IMG/VR virus record: IMGVR_UViG_3300037420_001129
Location: 1 to 27,114 of that record
DNA: 27,114 nucleotides
Direction: 5' to 3' (one strand)
Origin: a virus
Taxonomy: Duplodnaviria; Caudoviricetes
This document shows, piece after piece, positions 23,426-27,114 of the stretch (position 1 is its first letter; each line of letters starts with the position of its first letter). The notes under the pieces were generated by a model, which saw only the letters and a program-made list of their open reading frames with translations, was not told the origin of the DNA and did not search any database. The translations under genes were made by a program, and so were the position numbers.

Positions 23426-23722
23426 ATGACCATCACGCCACGATTCCGAGTTGCCGCTGCCGTCGCGGGCGTCCGCCAGATCGACGCCAAGAACGGCACG
23501 GACACCGCGATCAGCGATGTAGCGACGCTGATGCACCTCTCGCCCGAGACCGTCGCTGAGATCGCCCGCGAGGAGGCACACGCGGAAGCGCTCATCGAGG
23601 ACCAGCGTCGCAGCATCGCCGCCGTGGCCGCCAGCAGCCTGGGTATCACGGTCGAGCTGGCCGACCGGCAGTGCCGCGGCTGCGGCGCGTGCAAGCGCAC
23701 CAAGGCGCCGGTGGAGGCCTGA
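23426..23722 (+). CDS. Hypothetical protein with C-terminal CxxCxxC (98 aa)
   Basis: AAGGGAG RBS. Helical body, ending CRGCGAC. Confidence 0.65.
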   Translation: MTITPRFRVAAAVAGVRQIDAKNGTDTAISDVATLMHLSPETVAEIAREEAHAEALIEDQRRSIAAVAASSLGITVELADRQCRGCGACKRTKAPVEA

Positions 23723-23724
23723 GC

Positions 23725-23919
23725 ATGCCCGCGACCACCGAACAGATCGCCGGCGCGAAGCCGGCGTGCTACGGGGTTGGCTGCCCTCAGCGCGGCCAGT
23801 GCGAGCGCTACACGGCCGTCGAGCGCACCACCGAGCCGTACACCGAGGGCACCTGCGACGTGGGCAACGGCGTTCGGCCGCTGTTCGTGGCCCGGGTCGC
23901 CGTCGCAGAGGAGGCCTGA
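23725..23919 (+). CDS. Small Cys-rich protein (64 aa)
   Basis: GGAGG RBS. C.G.GCP.R..C.RY motif. Confidence 0.65.
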   Translation: MPATTEQIAGAKPACYGVGCPQRGQCERYTAVERTTEPYTEGTCDVGNGVRPLFVARVAVAEEA

Positions 23920-23922
23920 GCC

Positions 23923-24105
23923 GTGGGTCTGCCGACCGTCTCCCCCGAGATTGCCAAGGCCGCGGCAGCCATGTTCCACGCCGTCGCCGACCACATCCAA
24001 AGCGGGAAACCCATCCCGGCCTACCTGGTGACCCTGCTGTCCGAGGTAGCGATCGCCGTGGGCGCGTTCCTGGTCGTGAAGAAGGGAAAGGACAAGGACG
24101 AATGA
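23923..24105 (+). CDS. Small membrane protein (60 aa)
   Basis: GAGGAGG RBS, GTG start, C-terminal hydrophobic segment followed by KKGK. Confidence 0.55.
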   Translation: MGLPTVSPEIAKAAAAMFHAVADHIQSGKPIPAYLVTLLSEVAIAVGAFLVVKKGKDKDE

Positions 24106-24404
24106 GCAACGAGAACGCCACCCAGGCGCCGGAGATCCGCGTCTGGCACTGGGACGACTGCGCCTATTGGGCCGGCTACACATTCGCCGAAACGCTGGCC
24201 GCCGCGCGCGAGCAGGACGGCCCTGGCTGCTACGAGGACGCGGCCGAGAGCGATGAGATCACGCCTGCGGGCCTGCACCGCATCCACGTGCGCGTCAGCG
24301 AGGACGGCGCGCCGCTCCAGACGCAAAGCATGGCCGAGCTGCTGGCCGAGTCCATCGCCGCAGGCGAGCAGTTCCCGCGCGTGATGGCCTACGAGGACTG
24401 CTGA
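24102..24404 (+). CDS. Hypothetical acidic protein (100 aa)
   Basis: ATGA overlap, AAGGA RBS. DDC.YWAG.T..E motif. Confidence 0.7.
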   Translation: MSNENATQAPEIRVWHWDDCAYWAGYTFAETLAAAREQDGPGCYEDAAESDEITPAGLHRIHVRVSEDGAPLQTQSMAELLAESIAAGEQFPRVMAYEDC

Positions 24405-24405
24405 T

Positions 24406-25107
24406 ATGAGCCACGACACCAACACCACGCCCACCAGGCGCACCTGCAGCACCTGCAAGCACGAAGGACCAGGGCACACGATGACCGATGCATGCTGGCC
24501 CTGTACCGCGCCGCGCAACAGCGACTTCGCAGCCCTGCCGAACTGGGAGCCGAAAAGCACGGGCACCACCGTGGCACAGCCGCTGCCCGCGCAAATCGAG
24601 GCGCTGATCGCGCAGCGCCTGGCGCCGGACGGCGAGTGCAATGCCAGCGACGTACGGGCTCTCGTTGCCGACGTGCTGAGACTGGCTGCTGCCCCAAGAG
24701 TGCAGCCAAAGATGCCGGACGGCTGGATCGTTCGCTTCTTCCGTGTGCCGGGCGAGTTGACGCCGTGGATGAACCTGGACAGCGTGAATACGCATGCCAG
24801 TAGGCTGACCCACGCGGCGCTTTGGATGACGCCAGATCAGCGGCAGCAAATGGAAGTTGCGCCGATCTATATCGGCGCCGCGATCCGAACGATTTCGCGT
24901 GATACCGCAGATGCCCTGAGAGCAGCGGAAAAGGAGTTTCCGCGCGGCGGAAGGGGGCTGATGGACGCAATGTCGCGCGTCATGCTCGCTGCGGCACCGG
25001 CCGGGGAGCAGCAGAGCGCAGCCTGCGGCTGCTCTGCAGGCGAGCAGGCGGTGCGTCGTGGATCGTGGGAGCACCCGCAGTGCGCAAGGGCTGCAGGAGG
25101 CGCCTGA
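24406..25107 (+). CDS. Hypothetical mosaic protein with N-terminal CxxC...CxxC (233 aa)
   Basis: GAGGA RBS. CSTCKH...CWPC motif. TGATG coupling to the next gene. Confidence 0.6.
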   Translation: MSHDTNTTPTRRTCSTCKHEGPGHTMTDACWPCTAPRNSDFAALPNWEPKSTGTTVAQPLPAQIEALIAQRLAPDGECNASDVRALVADVLRLAAAPRVQPKMPDGWIVRFFRVPGELTPWMNLDSVNTHASRLTHAALWMTPDQRQQMEVAPIYIGAAIRTISRDTADALRAAEKEFPRGGRGLMDAMSRVMLAAAPAGEQQSAACGCSAGEQAVRRGSWEHPQCARAAGGA

Positions 25108-25337
25108 TGGGCTACATCAACCCGCTGTTGCGGCTGCCTGCAGGCCGAGCACTGATGGAGCTTCCCAAAGAGCAGCGCGAGCCGCTGGAGCGCCTGGCGC
25201 GCGAACTGCGCGCACAGGCCGACGCTGAAGCAGAGAAGGCCTGGGGGCGCCGCAAGGCGCCGATGGCGGCCTACTGGCGCGCGCTGTCCACCTACGCCCG
25301 TCACGTCGCGCATGCGCTGGCCAAGGGAGGCGCCTGA
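25107..25337 (+). CDS. Conserved hypothetical phage protein (76 aa)
   Basis: MGYINPLL.LP...AW..RKAPMAAYW.A...YA.H. GGAGG RBS. Confidence 0.7.
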   Translation: MGYINPLLRLPAGRALMELPKEQREPLERLARELRAQADAEAEKAWGRRKAPMAAYWRALSTYARHVAHALAKGGA

Positions 25338-25771
25338 TGCCCATCAAGCCCGAGAACAAGGCGCGCTACGGCAAGGACTGGCCTGCGGTCCGCAAGCGCA
25401 TCCTCCAGCGCGAGGAGTACCGCTGCAAGCGCTGCCGCGCGCCGGATCGCGAGCGCATCGCGCGCGGGGCGGGCCGGCACGCTGGCACCTACATGACGGC
25501 CGATGCCCAGCTCTACGACGCCGAGACGGGCGAGCTGCTCGCCGAGCAGCACCGGCACAGCGACTACGAGCTGGACCACATGGTGCTGATCGTCCTGACG
25601 ATCGCGCACCTGGACCAGATCCCAGAGCACAACGACGACGACAACCTGGCGGCGCTGTGCCAGCGCTGCCACCTCCAGCACGACCGCGAACCGAGCGCGG
25701 CCAAGGCGTGGTTGACGCGGCACCTCAGCCGCGGCGACGACATGTTTGGATTTGAAGGAGACCAACGGTGA
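25337..25771 (+). CDS. HNH-like endonuclease (144 aa)
   Basis: MPIKPEN..RY..DW, CKRC, VLTIAHLD..P..N...NL.ALCQRCH..HD. Confidence 0.85.
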   Translation: MPIKPENKARYGKDWPAVRKRILQREEYRCKRCRAPDRERIARGAGRHAGTYMTADAQLYDAETGELLAEQHRHSDYELDHMVLIVLTIAHLDQIPEHNDDDNLAALCQRCHLQHDREPSAAKAWLTRHLSRGDDMFGFEGDQR

Positions 25772-26001
25772 GCTCGAGCGACCTGATCCTCAGCGCCAAG
25801 GAGATCGAGACCCTGACCGACTACACCCAGCCCGCAGCGCAGTTGCGCGAGCTGTATCGGCAGGGCTTCTGGCGCGCGCGCCGCTCAAAGGTCACCGGCC
25901 AGGTGATTCTGGAGCGCGCGCACTACGAAGCCGTTTGCACCGACGGGTCGACCAAGAAGGGTCGGCGCGGACCTTCAACACCGGAGCTGCGTCCAGCATG
26001 A
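25768..26001 (+). CDS. DUF4224-like excisionase / recombination directionality factor (77 aa)
   Basis: LS..EI..LT.Y.QP..Q...L...G pattern. Directly upstream of, and overlapping, the integrase. Confidence 0.75.
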   Translation: MSSSDLILSAKEIETLTDYTQPAAQLRELYRQGFWRARRSKVTGQVILERAHYEAVCTDGSTKKGRRGPSTPELRPA

Positions 26002-26981
26002 GCAGGGATTTGCCTCGGCGCGTCTACGAGCGGCACGGCGCCTGGTACTACGTCGACGCGGACGGCAAGTGGCACAAGCTCGCGCGCGTGCGTCAAGGGT
26101 TGCCGGCGATGTACCGGGCACTGGCCGAGTTGACGGACACAGCAGCCGGCACTGAGCTCATGCCGGCCGTCATCGTCCGCTGGCTGGACAGCAAGCGCGG
26201 GGACTGGAGCACTGAAGTAGCCAAAGACCAGGAGCGTGTCGCGGCCCTTTTGAGCAAGCGATTCGCGGATCTCGCGCCAGCCCAGGTAACGGCAAAGCAC
26301 TGCCGAGACTACCTGAAGCCGCTGGCCGCAAAGGCACGCACACACAACATGCACCGGACCATGCTTGTGGAGGTGCTGTCATTCGCAGCGGCAGACGGGC
26401 TGCGCGAGGGCCACAACCCCGCCACGGATACGAAGCGCATCAAGACCAAGCAACGCGTGCGCATCGTGGTTGACGACGAAATCGAGGCACTGCGCAAGGC
26501 TGCACTGGATCTCGGCGAGGCCTGCTCTGCGGTGCCGCTCATGCTCGAGCTTGCGCTGCTGACTGGCCAGCGCATCAGCGACCTTATTGGCATCACGTGG
26601 AGCAGCGTGGCGGATGACGGCGTCCGAATCGTGCAGGAGAAGACCGGCGCGCGGCTTTTGATTGAGTGGTCCCCTGCACTGCGAGCGGCGGTCGATGCGT
26701 GCGCCGACAAATGGGGTCGCACCGGGCACCTCCTCAAGAGCGCGCACGGCAAGGGCTGGAGCTATGCGGGCATCTGGAAGCAGTTCAACCTGGCCCGCAA
26801 CGCCGCTGGCGTTGAAGGGCTGCGAATCCACGACTTGCGCGGCAGGGCTGGCGTGGACGCGCTGCTGGCCAATGATGAGGACGTGCGCGCTGCACAGCGA
26901 TTGCTTGGCCACAAGGGCGAGGCGATGACGCGCCGCTATACCGACGGCAAGTACCACCGCCGCGCTAAGCCGCCTCGCTAA
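25998..26981 (+). CDS. int: Tyrosine recombinase / phage integrase (327 aa)
   Basis: Start re-called at MSRDLPRRVYERHGAWYYV. Catalytic TGQRISD, QEKTG, HDLR, LLGH and RRY. Confidence 0.95.
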   Translation: MSRDLPRRVYERHGAWYYVDADGKWHKLARVRQGLPAMYRALAELTDTAAGTELMPAVIVRWLDSKRGDWSTEVAKDQERVAALLSKRFADLAPAQVTAKHCRDYLKPLAAKARTHNMHRTMLVEVLSFAAADGLREGHNPATDTKRIKTKQRVRIVVDDEIEALRKAALDLGEACSAVPLMLELALLTGQRISDLIGITWSSVADDGVRIVQEKTGARLLIEWSPALRAAVDACADKWGRTGHLLKSAHGKGWSYAGIWKQFNLARNAAGVEGLRIHDLRGRAGVDALLANDEDVRAAQRLLGHKGEAMTRRYTDGKYHRRAKPPR

Positions 26982-26984
26982 AAC

Positions 26985-27049
26985 TGTCCAACGAAGTGTT
27001 GGTCATCCCAGGGGAAGTACAGCAAAAACAGGCTGCTACGAGTTGGACA
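26985..27049. repeat. Putative integrase arm-type sites in the att region
   Basis: TGTCCAAC 26985-26992 is the inverse of GTTGGACA 27042-27049. Variant GTTGGTCA at 26998-27005. AT-richer non-coding DNA directly after int. Confidence 0.5.
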
Positions 27050-27114
27050 AAACGCAGATAAGTTAAGCCGGCACGCCAAAAAATAGCTGCCATAGCAGCA
27101 TATTCACTCCCTAT

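Larger units (their letters stand above)
1..27114. mobile_element. P22-like temperate prophage, partial (tail, ejection and lysis genes presumably beyond the left edge; integrase end at right)
   Basis: Lambdoid gene order: integrase/xis, recombination, cI/cro switch, replication, Q-like gene, terS/terL, P22-type portal/scaffold/coat/gp4/gp10. Tight ATGA/TGATG gene overlaps throughout. Confidence 0.96.

Noticed and set aside
25337-25771. HNH gene as a mobile homing endonuclease or intron
   Set aside because: It is translationally coupled on both sides, interrupts no gene, and no intron structure is evident.

Overview
The window is about 27 kb of a temperate, P22-like (podovirus-type) prophage. 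It is GC-rich, and the proteins suggest a betaproteobacterial (Burkholderiales-like) host, which is an inference. The left arm (minus strand, read from ~15.9 kb towards base 1) holds cro, small early genes, a DUF6884-like gene plus a Dam-like methylase, a replication initiator with an internal origin, a RusA-like resolvase, a Q-position regulator, and a pR'/tR'-like late promoter and terminator. It continues with a two-domain Gp49-family gene, terS, terL, portal, scaffold, coat, gp4-like and gp10-like genes, and a probable head-spike base/fibre pair cut off at the window edge. The centre holds an S24-type cI repressor, five AGCC-N6-GGCT operators and a low-GC PDZ lipoprotein. The right arm (plus strand) is a PL operon with a Cas4-like nuclease, a RecT-like annealase, a degenerate Rad50/SMC-like ATPase, many small ORFs, an HNH protein, a DUF4224-like excisionase, a tyrosine integrase and a probable att region. 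The most interesting leads concern nucleotide signalling: (D/E)RR-repeat proteins including a Cro with a long tail (possible c-di-GMP binders) and a Gp49/Acb4-like sponge fusion. All family assignments come from motif recognition by eye, not database searches.
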